Shown: piece after piece, positions 10,118-19,270 of the stretch
Numbering within the stretch: position 1 is the first letter of the stretch
Layout of the letters: every line of letters begins with the position of its first letter
Source of the DNA: an uncultured Alphaproteobacteria bacterium
GTDB taxonomy: Bacteria; Pseudomonadota; Alphaproteobacteria; Rs-D84
Assembly (NCBI GenBank): GCA_944392815.1
Contig: CALXXY010000003.1
Coordinates: forward strand, 1-64,000
Direction: 5' to 3'
DNA: 64,000 bases
The notes under the pieces: model-generated
Databases searched by the model: none
Told to the model about the DNA's origin: nothing
What the model saw: the letters and a program-made list of their open reading frames with translations, nothing else
Made by a program: the position numbers and the translations under genes

Positions 10118-10930
10118 TCAATGGCTTTTGCTGTTTTTATGTTGCGAAACGGCCCACATAACACGCTTGCCAACATTTGTAATATCGCACATCATTTTTA
10201 CCCGGCGCCGATTTAATTCATGCCCAGAAATATTTTCATACACGTCCATTAAATCAGAAATATTAAATCCAAATTGTTGATATTTTGCCGCCATCATACT
10301 GAACGCATAGTTTTTATCAGCAATTGCAACTTCGTCCATATCCACCAAAGCAGCAACACGACCATTGTCAGCCATAACAACATTCTTTGGTGTCATGCCA
10401 CAATGATACAAACCGCGATTTTCTGCACGTCCACGATTCAGCATCCACACGGCCCCGGCATAAATATTTCCCATAAATGCATTATTCACATCTGTCACTG
10501 TTGACAAAGTAACTTGACCCACATGCGAATATTTATATCCATCAATCAAAGAAAAATTCACCTTGTCCATTCTTGCGAACATTTCCGCCAATTGACCATA
10601 TACATTGCGAATACTTTCTTCTGGCATTCCGTCGCCGACGCATTCATACAAAGTTTTTCCATGCACAAACGGATATAATTCCACCCAGTTTCCGTGATAC
10701 TCGTACACACCAACACGCGGCACAGGCACCCCAACCGAATTCAGCATTCCCGCAACCAGGGCATTTTTAAGTGCCAACTTGCGATGGTTGAATTTATGCA
10801 CATATTTACCCAAATCAGAATCCGTAATACACACAGATTTTTGGCTGCCACAAATTTCAGGAATCCGAATATCACGTGCAGACGGCATAATACTTTTAAT
10901 TGTCGCTTCGACAACCTTGTTATTTTTCAT
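10118..10930 (-). CDS. APH/choline-kinase-like phosphotransferase-fold protein (degenerate catalytic loop)
   Basis: YVHK, GVPVPRV, FVHGKTL, YHCGMTPKNVV, LVDMDE. Confidence 0.65.
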   Translation of the reverse strand: MKNNKVVEATIKSIMPSARDIRIPEICGSQKSVCITDSDLGKYVHKFNHRKLALKNALVAGMLNSVGVPVPRVGVYEYHGNWVELYPFVHGKTLYECVGDGMPEESIRNVYGQLAEMFARMDKVNFSLIDGYKYSHVGQVTLSTVTDVNNAFMGNIYAGAVWMLNRGRAENRGLYHCGMTPKNVVMADNGRVAALVDMDEVAIADKNYAFSMMAAKYQQFGFNISDLMDVYENISGHELNRRRVKMMCDITNVGKRVMWAVSQHKNSKSH

Positions 10931-10946
10931 ACGTTATCCATTTTTA

Positions 10947-12030
10947 TTATTTTATTGTTTGATCGCGTTGCAAACACGCCAACATAAAATCGTCTAAATC
11001 CCCGTCCAACACAGCCGCCGAATCCGTTTTTTCAACGCCTGTGCGGACATCTTTGACCAATTGATACGGATACAGAACATAATTTCTGATTTGGCTGCCC
11101 CATTCGATTTTCTTTTGCTGAGCCAACGCAGCATTTTCAATTTCAGCCCGTTTTTGCCGTTCCAATTCATACAAACGGCTGCGCAGCATTTTCATTGCCA
11201 TTTCTTTGTTCTGAATTTGACTGCGTTCATTTTGGCACGTCACCACAACACCAGTTGGAATGTGGGTGATACGCACAGCACTGTCCGTTTTATTAACATG
11301 CTGGCCCCCCGCGCCAGACGACCGATATGTATCAATTCGCAAATCTTTTTCATTAATATCGATTTCTATGGAATCATCAACATCAGGCCACACATCAACG
11401 GACGCAAAACTGGTTTGCCGTTTTCCATTTGCATTGAACGGCGAAATGCGCACCAAACGATGAACACCAATTTCGTTTTTCAGCCACCCATACGCCCGGT
11501 CACCAGTGATACGATATGTAATATTTTTTATCCCAGCGGTATCACCGGGGTGTTCTTCGACCACTTCGCACGCAAAACCATGACGTTCGGCCCAACGCGC
11601 ATACATACGCGACAGCATTTGCGCCCAATCTTGGGCCTCGGTCCCGCCGGCACCGGCCTGGATAAACAAAAACGCGCCGTTATTATCCGCCGGGTCACGG
11701 AACAGGGTAATAAATTTTGCCCTGTGCGCGGCATCAGACAATTTTTCAATCGCCGCCAATACGTCCGCGTCATCTGGCGCGATTTCATATAATTCAGCCA
11801 GATTTTTATATTCAGATTCCAATTCGCGCAACCCATTCAGCGATTTTTCCAAACCAGATTTTTTTTGCAACAACGCACGCGCGCTGTCTGGATTCGCCCA
11901 CAAATCAGGATTATTAGTTTGTTCGGTTAATTCCGAAATTTGCTTTTCCAATTTATCGGGGTCAAAGAAACCCCCTGACGGCGGAAATGTCGTCTGAAAT
12001 TTGATTTAAAACTTCGTTTGGCATAATCAT
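10947..12030 (-). CDS. prfB: Peptide chain release factor 2 with programmed +1 frameshift
   Basis: GGTEAQDWA, SPF and GGQ motifs; N-terminal ORF MIMPNEVLNQISDDISAVRGFL followed by AGGGGG-TTT-CTT-TGA-C slippery site at 11967-11961. Confidence 0.97.
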
Positions 12031-12153
12031 AACATGCCTATATTACCAGTTCATTCGCCTGAATCAATAAAATTGTGCATAACATGTTAAATGAACGATT
12101 GCGTTTTTTTTCGCAATATGATAAAATTTGCATAAACGAGAGGGGATTTCATC

Positions 12154-13404
12154 ATGAAACATACATTTTTGGCGTGGGGATTTGCGGCATGTTTATGCAC
12201 AACATCTGCATTTGCTGTGTCTGCGGGCACGGTGGCAACGGATTCAGTATCCCGTGGTACAGCGGCATATTCCACATCTGGCACAACGAACACAGTTAAT
12301 CGTGGATACCAGGGATTGGCCAATTCGTATTTAACCAATCAGCGCAACACATATTACATGGTGACCCAACCGGACGTTGATTCCGCATGTCGTGAAAAAA
12401 TTTATAATTGCTTGGCCGAATATTGTGGCGACGTCACCGTGGTTGACGGACAAATGTCAAACCGCTGTCAATATGCAACGGAAAGCGAACTGTACAATTA
12501 TGCGTTATTATGCCTGCAACGTGACACATCACCGTTGTTGCCACAATACAGCGCGGGCATGCGCATCAGCAACGGTGGCATGAACACGGCCGCCCGCCTG
12601 TGCCCATCTTATGTCCAGCAAGAGGTTATGTCCTATCTGTCCATGGCAAACATGGCGGACGAATTGTCAAAATCGCACAGTGCTTTGTGCCTGGAACGCC
12701 GCCAGGAGTTGGAGGCCGCAATGGCATGCCATTCGGTTGCATTGGCATACGGCAACGAAACAACCAGCATGTTAACCACGCAATTAACCGACGCATGTGG
12801 TGCGGGCGTGCCGGGCGGTTCCGCCGAAATGGTGACCCGATTTGCAAACGCTGGCAATGTTGGCGCCAACGTTTGGGGGTGGGCTGAAAAAATCCTGAAC
12901 CTGGATATGAATAACAAGGGCGAAGATTGGCAAATGGCGGTTGATTCCGTATTGGCCAGTTATACGAATCGTATGAATTTGGCATGTGGCGATGATTTAC
13001 AGATTAACACTGCGTCCACATCAACATCCAATTCGTCCCAGCCGTCCACATTGCAAACTGTTGCGGCATTGGCAACGGGCGTTGCGTTCCCATCGGCAAC
13101 GAACACCATGGAAAATCCATATCAAAACCAAAGTTTATATATGGAATTGAACACTATGTCCGAAGTGTACGATTACCAAACCGCGTATCAATTGGTCCAG
13201 GCGGCCATGAGCAACCCGTCCACGACCCAAAACGCGTTTTTAACAACCGCGCAATTGAACGACATGCAAAACGCATATATCCGCGGGACCAAGGTATTCA
13301 TTATCCGCGACAGTGCGCGTTGCTATATCATTCCGGTCGTCACCATGACAACCCAGGAAAATAACCTGATATCGCAAATGTTCGCCAGTTGCGTCAGCAA
13401 ATAA
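12154..13404 (+). CDS. Secreted Cys-rich protein of unknown function
   Basis: Signal peptide ending SAFA; about 12 Cys in the mature part; RBS GAGAGGGG and own terminator. Confidence 0.75.
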   Translation: MKHTFLAWGFAACLCTTSAFAVSAGTVATDSVSRGTAAYSTSGTTNTVNRGYQGLANSYLTNQRNTYYMVTQPDVDSACREKIYNCLAEYCGDVTVVDGQMSNRCQYATESELYNYALLCLQRDTSPLLPQYSAGMRISNGGMNTAARLCPSYVQQEVMSYLSMANMADELSKSHSALCLERRQELEAAMACHSVALAYGNETTSMLTTQLTDACGAGVPGGSAEMVTRFANAGNVGANVWGWAEKILNLDMNNKGEDWQMAVDSVLASYTNRMNLACGDDLQINTASTSTSNSSQPSTLQTVAALATGVAFPSATNTMENPYQNQSLYMELNTMSEVYDYQTAYQLVQAAMSNPSTTQNAFLTTAQLNDMQNAYIRGTKVFIIRDSARCYIIPVVTMTTQENNLISQMFASCVSK

Positions 13405-13407
13405 TCC

Positions 13408-13431
13408 AATCCCCCAATTGGGGGATTTTTT
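13408..13431 (+). terminator. Intrinsic terminator
   Basis: AATCCCCC-AATT-GGGGGATTTTTT. Confidence 0.8.
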
Positions 13432-13498
13432 ATAGGCCTTGATTTTTGTTTTTATACCTGGGATAATGACATTACGGTTTTAAACAAAGGATAACCAT

Positions 13499-14377
13499 AT
13501 GCCAAAAGTTGCCATTTTATACATCGCGCTGGGACGTTATATCACATTTTGGAAAAAGTTTTATGAATCATGCGAAAAATATTTATCACCATGTGAAAAA
13601 CATTATTTTGTATGGACCGACAATTCCAATTTCGATTACAGCAAAAACAAAAACGTCACTGTCATTCCTGCGCAAAAGCGCGGCTGGCCATATGACACCT
13701 TGCTCAGGTTCGAAATGTTCCTGCAACAGGAATCGGCATTGAAAAAATTTGACTATATATTCTTTTTCAATGCAAACATGGAATTTGTAAACGCGGTGGA
13801 TTTGGCGGAAATCACCCCACGCGAATGGCACGACGGATTGGTGGCGGGGCTGCACCCGGGGCACTGTGGCGACACATACGCCGACCAACCGGACAAATTC
13901 CCATATGAACGCAGACCTGAATCAACGGCATACATTCCATACGGCGCCGGCAAAGATTATGTTTGTGGCGCATTCAATGGCGGTACATCTGCGGCATTTT
14001 TGAAAATGTGTCACACACTGGCCAAAAACATTCAAACAGATTTGAAACATGACTTGGTCGCCCGCGTAGATGACGAAAGCCACCTGAACGCATACCTGAT
14101 TAATAAAAAATATTTGTTATGCGGCCGCGCCTATGGATTTCCGGCCGGCCAATTGCACAGATTAACCCCCACATCATTGGCAATGGTTAAAATCGTCAGC
14201 CGTGCCAAGGACAGTTTGGAATACGGTGGTACAAAATGGTTGCGTGGCCAAACAAACAGAAAAATTCCAAACAATTGGTTCACGCGCAACATCATGCGCC
14301 CATCGTGCAAAGCAATCGCGATATTTATTCCTGTGCGCAAATGGCGGCGTAAAATCCGCACTTTGTACGGGGCATAA
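13499..14377 (+). CDS. Family 6 glycosyltransferase (alpha-1,3-Gal/GalNAc transferase, BoGT6a-like)
   Basis: ILYIALGRY..FW..FYESCEKY, YFVWTD, WPYDTLLRF, FFNANM (NXN), YERRPES.AYIP, GAFNGG, DESHLN. Confidence 0.88.
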   Translation: MPKVAILYIALGRYITFWKKFYESCEKYLSPCEKHYFVWTDNSNFDYSKNKNVTVIPAQKRGWPYDTLLRFEMFLQQESALKKFDYIFFFNANMEFVNAVDLAEITPREWHDGLVAGLHPGHCGDTYADQPDKFPYERRPESTAYIPYGAGKDYVCGAFNGGTSAAFLKMCHTLAKNIQTDLKHDLVARVDDESHLNAYLINKKYLLCGRAYGFPAGQLHRLTPTSLAMVKIVSRAKDSLEYGGTKWLRGQTNRKIPNNWFTRNIMRPSCKAIAIFIPVRKWRRKIRTLYGA

Positions 14378-14458
14378 TAAAAAACGGCGGGAATTCCGCC
14401 GTTTTTATTCCTGTATAAAACTTGAACGCGCCCCGAAAATTTGGTATAATTATGCAAA

Positions 14459-15631
14459 ATGAAACTCACCCGGCGCACAGTTTTGAAAATATCTGGATTA
14501 ACCACAGTTATTGTGGCGCTGTTGCCACGCATGGCGTTCGCGGCACGCAACACGCTGCGCACTGTACGCACGGGGATTCAGCCCGGAAACAAAACCCGCC
14601 TGGTTATCGAAACGGCCGAACGGCCATCGTATTCGTTGTCGTACGAACCAAATAAATTAATCGTCACACTGTCGAACACCGCGGCAAATACCGCATTGGC
14701 GCCGGCCATGGCCGCGGGCACATTGGTCACCGCCATCACCCAGGCACAAAGTGGCGATAAACTGCAAATTATTGCGGATTTGGCCAAACCCATTGACGAA
14801 ATCCCGCGCGACAATATTTTAATGCTGAACCCAAACGGTGATAATGATTATCGCCTGGTGCTGGATTTCACCGCGGGCAGTGGCGCCGCAACCGCGGCAA
14901 CCGCCACCACAACGACAACCACAACCGCGCCGAAAAAATCCACCAAGCCAACGCGCAAATACATTGTCGTTATCGATGCCGGCCACGGGGGCAAGGATCC
15001 CGGCTGCATAGGCAAGGGCGGAACCCAGGAAAAAACAGTCGTTCTGTCTGTGGCGAAAAAATTAAAAAACAAACTGGACGCCGCGGGATTCCAAACATAT
15101 TTGACCCGCAGCAATGACACATACCTGAAATTGGCACAACGCGCCGCAATCGGGGAAAAGAAACACGCCGATTTATTCCTGTCACTGCACGCGAACGCAA
15201 ACCCCAGCCGCGCCATGCAGGGATTTTCGATTTACACATTATCGGAAAAGGCATCTGATGAAGAGGCCGCCAAACTGGCCGACGCCGAAAACGCCGCCGA
15301 TAAAATCGACGTCAGCGGATTTGAACAATTTGACAAGGATATCCGTATCGCATTGTCATCACTGCAACAACACGCAGTGGCCGAAATGTCGGTGGAATAC
15401 GCAAACGGTTGCGCGTCTGCATTCAAACGCGCCAAAATCACCCAGCAACCGGGCCCAGACGTCCGCCATGCGCCATTTGCGGTACTGCGTTCAACTGTCC
15501 CCGGGGCATTGATTGAATTGGGACACCTGTCAAATGCAGCCGAAGAAAAACTGTTAAAATCCTCCGCACACCAGGATAAATTGGTGGCCGCAATCGTCAA
15601 ATCCGTCCAGGGATATAATTTTGATGTTTAA
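14459..15631 (+). CDS. amiC: N-acetylmuramoyl-L-alanine amidase (AMIN + Amidase_3), Tat signal
   Basis: TRRTVLK Tat motif, TRLVIE, IDAGHGGKDPG, EK, LSLHANA, FAVL, LIELG. Confidence 0.9.
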   Translation: MKLTRRTVLKISGLTTVIVALLPRMAFAARNTLRTVRTGIQPGNKTRLVIETAERPSYSLSYEPNKLIVTLSNTAANTALAPAMAAGTLVTAITQAQSGDKLQIIADLAKPIDEIPRDNILMLNPNGDNDYRLVLDFTAGSGAATAATATTTTTTTAPKKSTKPTRKYIVVIDAGHGGKDPGCIGKGGTQEKTVVLSVAKKLKNKLDAAGFQTYLTRSNDTYLKLAQRAAIGEKKHADLFLSLHANANPSRAMQGFSIYTLSEKASDEEAAKLADAENAADKIDVSGFEQFDKDIRIALSSLQQHAVAEMSVEYANGCASAFKRAKITQQPGPDVRHAPFAVLRSTVPGALIELGHLSNAAEEKLLKSSAHQDKLVAAIVKSVQGYNFDV

Positions 15632-15660
15632 TAAAAAACGCCCAACCGGGCGTTTTTTAT
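15631..15660. terminator. Bidirectional intrinsic terminator
   Basis: ATAAAAAACGCCC-AACC-GGGCGTTTTTTAT. Confidence 0.85.
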
Positions 15661-16328
15661 TAGAAATTATATCTAATTCCGGCACTTATATTAAATATAG
15701 AACCTATATCGCTTTCGCTGACGGTCGGAATAAACATACGCAACATAGCAGAAAAATCTACATTTGATGTAATTTGTTGCAAGTACCCAATTTTTAGCCC
15801 AATAAAGGAACCCGTATCATCACCATCTGTTGTATCCAATCCATATTCATAGCCCAATTGTGTTGCCGCCGTTCGAATGCGTTCTGTGCCATTTGTATAC
15901 CCAACCCCTAAAACTAAATCGCTGCGTTTCCCGGCGTTGTCAGCAAATCTTATATAATTATCAAAATAAATACTGATGGCTGAAAAACCAGTACTTATTT
16001 CAGAAACCAACTGATCATATGGATACCCAATATCTGCGGCAGAATCAAACATATAATCATATGCAACGCTTACCCCAAAATTATATATTTTATCGGCCGC
16101 ACCAAATTTTATACCGGCTTCGGCCCCCAATCCTAAATTTAACCCTGGCAATTCTGTATTTATTTGATCCATTATATCATTTACATCATCTGACCAGACC
16201 GGCATTGTCATTGCCACATTCGCACCAAGGAATACCTTTATTGGTAATTCCGATGTCGGTGCAGTTTCTGCCCATGCCGTTCCAACCAGTCCCAGTGCAC
16301 ATATACCGGTTAATATTGCTTTTTTCAT
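15660..16328 (-). CDS. Outer-membrane beta-barrel protein (about 8-stranded)
   Basis: Signal peptide AWA; amphipathic strands; C-terminal BAM-type motif SAGIRYNF. Confidence 0.8.
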   Translation of the reverse strand: MKKAILTGICALGLVGTAWAETAPTSELPIKVFLGANVAMTMPVWSDDVNDIMDQINTELPGLNLGLGAEAGIKFGAADKIYNFGVSVAYDYMFDSAADIGYPYDQLVSEISTGFSAISIYFDNYIRFADNAGKRSDLVLGVGYTNGTERIRTAATQLGYEYGLDTTDGDDTGSFIGLKIGYLQQITSNVDFSAMLRMFIPTVSESDIGSIFNISAGIRYNF

Positions 16329-16349
16329 AACATTTCCCCTTTGTTAATA

Positions 16350-16530
16350 ACAAAACAAAACCACCAATATAAATACTTGGTGGTTGGAGTTTCACAACAA
16401 TTAACCAGAATTGCGCGGGTATTCAATATATTAACCGCACTCCAACCATTACAGATTGGAGATTTTTATCGTCGTCACCGACGCTGGTTAAAGGGTTGTG
16501 AAGCCCCAATATGACAACTCGTCATATCAT
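16350..16530 (-). ncRNA. Structured 5' leader with terminator/antiterminator (candidate riboswitch/attenuator)
   Basis: Promoter TTGCAT(16563-58)-17-TATAGT(16540-35); nested helices; terminator AACCACCAA/TTGGTGGTT followed by TTGTTTT. Confidence 0.65.
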
Positions 16531-16614
16531 TACCACTATAAAAATATATATTGCTTTATGCAAGGTCAAAATCACTTGCAAATAAAAACGAAATCTGTAT
16601 AATCACACTTCGTC

Positions 16615-16704
16615 GGAGACGTGGCAGAGTGGTTGAATGCGCGCGACTCGAAATCGCGTATACGGGCAACCGTATCAAGGGTTCAAATCCCTTCGTCTCC
16701 GCCA
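16615..16704 (+). tRNA. tRNA-Ser(CGA)
   Basis: GGAGACGTGGCAGAGTGG...CGCGA-CTCGAAA-TCGCG, long variable arm, GTTCAAATCC, TCCGCCA. Confidence 0.96.
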
Positions 16705-16844
16705 GAAATCATACCGCACTGCGGTATTTTTTATTGAAATTTTGCCTGTTTTATGATATAATTGTCCACAACAATCGGACGCCACTGCGTCCCGTTTTTT
16801 ATCCCGCCCCACGGGATTTTTTATTTACCAAAAGGATAACCAGA

Positions 16845-17468
16845 ATGAAACAACCACAATTTTTAACAAAACTCGCAACATCACCACCAGACGAACATAA
16901 TCAGAATACGCAAAAAGCAAATCATATGTCACCTGAAAAAAACAATGATCAGATTCGTGAAGAATCTATACGCAAAACAATGGCAGAAGAAGGCGGATAT
17001 ATAGATAATCCAAATCGTATAGATCAGCCAACAAATTCTGGCATAACACAGCCAACACTAAATAAATATAATCAAAGACACCCAGAGGCAGGATTTCCTG
17101 AAAATGTAAGGGAACTGACCGGACTGCAAGCCGAACAAATTTATACAGAACTCTACTATAATGACAGAAATATTGGGGATATAAACAATCCGCGCATAGC
17201 ACACGCTATATTTGATATGGGTGTTATGAGTAATTATTCAAATGTTGGCAGGACAGTGCAGAACACGATTAACGAAACACAGGGAACAAATTTAGCCATA
17301 GATGGCAATATCGGCGCGCAAACGATACAAGCACTGAACAATATTCCTGAAAATCAAGTTGATAGGTTTATGGAAGTTTTAATAGAAAACCGCATTGAAT
17401 ATTTAAAAAATCTCGCGGATTGGGACAGATATGGTCGTGGCTGGGCAGCCAGAACAAACAGATATTAA
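16845..17468 (+). CDS. Glycoside hydrolase family 108 lysozyme with peptidoglycan-binding domain
   Basis: EEGGY motif, TNSGIT, FDMGV, IDGNIGAQT, YGRGW..R; AAGGA RBS. Confidence 0.85.
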   Translation: MKQPQFLTKLATSPPDEHNQNTQKANHMSPEKNNDQIREESIRKTMAEEGGYIDNPNRIDQPTNSGITQPTLNKYNQRHPEAGFPENVRELTGLQAEQIYTELYYNDRNIGDINNPRIAHAIFDMGVMSNYSNVGRTVQNTINETQGTNLAIDGNIGAQTIQALNNIPENQVDRFMEVLIENRIEYLKNLADWDRYGRGWAARTNRY

Positions 17469-17728
17469 AAATTGGAATTTACAGCATTTGTTAAATGTTC
17501 AATATAATTTTTAACAAAGTCCAAAACTGGATTGTATGCCATCAGTGCGGTTAAATTGCCACATTCGTTATAGCATCTGTCCGGATTATACATATCGGTA
17601 ATACTAATAAAAAAATTGTTTCATCACTGAAATTGTACATCTTTTGTATAACCACTGTCAAACGAGTGTTTATACATAAAATCAAAAACAATTTGATTTT
17701 TTATACAAAGCGATACAATATTACCAAC

Positions 17729-18073
17729 ATGAAATCTTTTAACGAACAGGTTTACGACATAGTTGCGCGAATCCCGGCGGGGCGGGTGGCAACATTTGGT
17801 CAAATCGCACGCATGATTGGCCGGCCACGCATGGCACGCTTTGTGGGATACGCGTCAAACAATAAAAACAGTTGGCATCTGCCGTGGCATCGCGTGGTGT
17901 TCAAAGATGGTTCGTTGTGCGGCCCCGGATTTTTCGAGCAACAATACAAAGCCCTGAAATCCGAAGGCGTCAAATTCACCCGTGATAAAAAGGTTCGCAT
18001 GGACGAATTCCAATGGAATCCCGAACGCGACGGCGTGCCAATGGACATTCGGGATTTCCCGCTGGTGTTTTAA
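17729..18073 (+). CDS. Alkyltransferase-like (ATL/YbaZ, MGMT family) protein
   Basis: IPAGRVATFGQIA, ARFVG, PWHRVV (Trp in place of the catalytic Cys). Confidence 0.9.
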   Translation: MKSFNEQVYDIVARIPAGRVATFGQIARMIGRPRMARFVGYASNNKNSWHLPWHRVVFKDGSLCGPGFFEQQYKALKSEGVKFTRDKKVRMDEFQWNPERDGVPMDIRDFPLVF

Positions 18074-18825
18074 TCCTGTTTTTTGATTAATTTTTTCATA
18101 ATCGTATCAGCCGATAGTTTTTGCAATGTTAAAAACCACGATCTGACATCAAACCGTTTGTTTTTATTGCGTATACGGTTGTCCATTTCCGCAACAGTCG
18201 CCGGCGCAGACACAACAACATCATCGCCCGGTTGCCAATCTGCGGGCGTAGATACCCTGAACGCATCGGTCGTTTGCAACGCCACCAGCGCGCGCTGGAT
18301 TTCATCAAAATTTCGCCCTGTGGTTAATGGATAATACAAAATCATTCTGATGATACCCGCTGGGTCAATTATAAACACAGCCCGCACAGTTTTTGCGTCC
18401 GACGCATTATGGTGAATCATACCGTATTTGCGGGCTATATCCATATTCATATCGTCAATGATTGGGAATGTAATCTGCATATCGCGCCACCCGTTATATT
18501 CCAGATTACGAATGGCATCCACCCACGCCAAATGCCCCGTCAGCGTTCCAACCGACAACCCTATAATATCTGTATTCAATTTGTGCAAATCGCCCAACAC
18601 AGATTGAAAAGTCATAAATTCAGTCGTACATACCGGTGTAAAATCGGCGGGGTGCGAAAACAAAATCACCCAACGTCCCGCATAGTCGGCCGGAAAATTC
18701 ACAACCCCATTTGTTGTATTTGCCACAAATTCAGGCGCCGCATCACCGATTAACGGCATTTGCGTCGATGCGTTGCCGCACCTGCAATCAAAATTATCAC
18801 ATAAATCATGTAATATATCGTGCAT
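18070..18825 (-). CDS. Peroxiredoxin (Prx6 subfamily)
   Basis: FSHPADFTPVCTTE, TVRAVFIIDP, YPLTTGRNFDEI, TPADWQPG. Confidence 0.93.
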   Translation of the reverse strand: MHDILHDLCDNFDCRCGNASTQMPLIGDAAPEFVANTTNGVVNFPADYAGRWVILFSHPADFTPVCTTEFMTFQSVLGDLHKLNTDIIGLSVGTLTGHLAWVDAIRNLEYNGWRDMQITFPIIDDMNMDIARKYGMIHHNASDAKTVRAVFIIDPAGIIRMILYYPLTTGRNFDEIQRALVALQTTDAFRVSTPADWQPGDDVVVSAPATVAEMDNRIRNKNKRFDVRSWFLTLQKLSADTIMKKLIKKQD

Positions 18826-18987
18826 TTTATCCCCCCATATTCAGATTATCTGTCACAATTATACCCACAAAAAAATCGCAATAAAACAGGCACTTAATCC
18901 CATAAAAACACAAATAAAAAACTTTATTCTTGCCAAAATGTGTTAAGATATAAATAATATCAGTTAAACAATAAACAGGGGATAAAG

Positions 18988-19266
18988 ATGAAACGTTCTG
19001 ATATAGTGCGATCAATCCAGGTCCAATTCAAACACATGCGTGCGTCTGACGCTGCGGCAATATTGGACACTGTGGCGAATCAAATGATTGAATCCGTCGC
19101 CGACGGCCATCGTATCGAGGTTCGCGGTTTTGGTACATTTCAGCCGCGTGCACGTGCCACAAAAATCGGATACAATCCATGCACTGGTCAACCAATGCAC
19201 TTGGACGCCAGCACAACTATTTTGTTTAAACCCAGCCGCGAATTAACAAAAAAAATGAACGAGTAA
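18988..19266 (+). CDS. ihfB: Integration host factor beta / HU family DNA-binding protein
   Basis: RIEVRGFGTF, NPxTG, FKPSREL. Confidence 0.8.
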   Translation: MKRSDIVRSIQVQFKHMRASDAAAILDTVANQMIESVADGHRIEVRGFGTFQPRARATKIGYNPCTGQPMHLDASTTILFKPSRELTKKMNE

Positions 19267-19270
19267 AAAC

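Noticed and set aside
16551-16844. N-terminal extension of the GH108 ORF
   Set aside because: It runs through tRNA-Ser; the RBS supports a start at 16845
15660-17680. Intact prophage or genomic island at tRNA-Ser(CGA)
   Set aside because: No integrase, structural genes or duplicated att site seen
17464-17680. Small minus-strand ORF (MYNPDRCYNECG..., about 42 aa)
   Set aside because: Too short, no RBS or motif; may be a decayed fragment but cannot be supported
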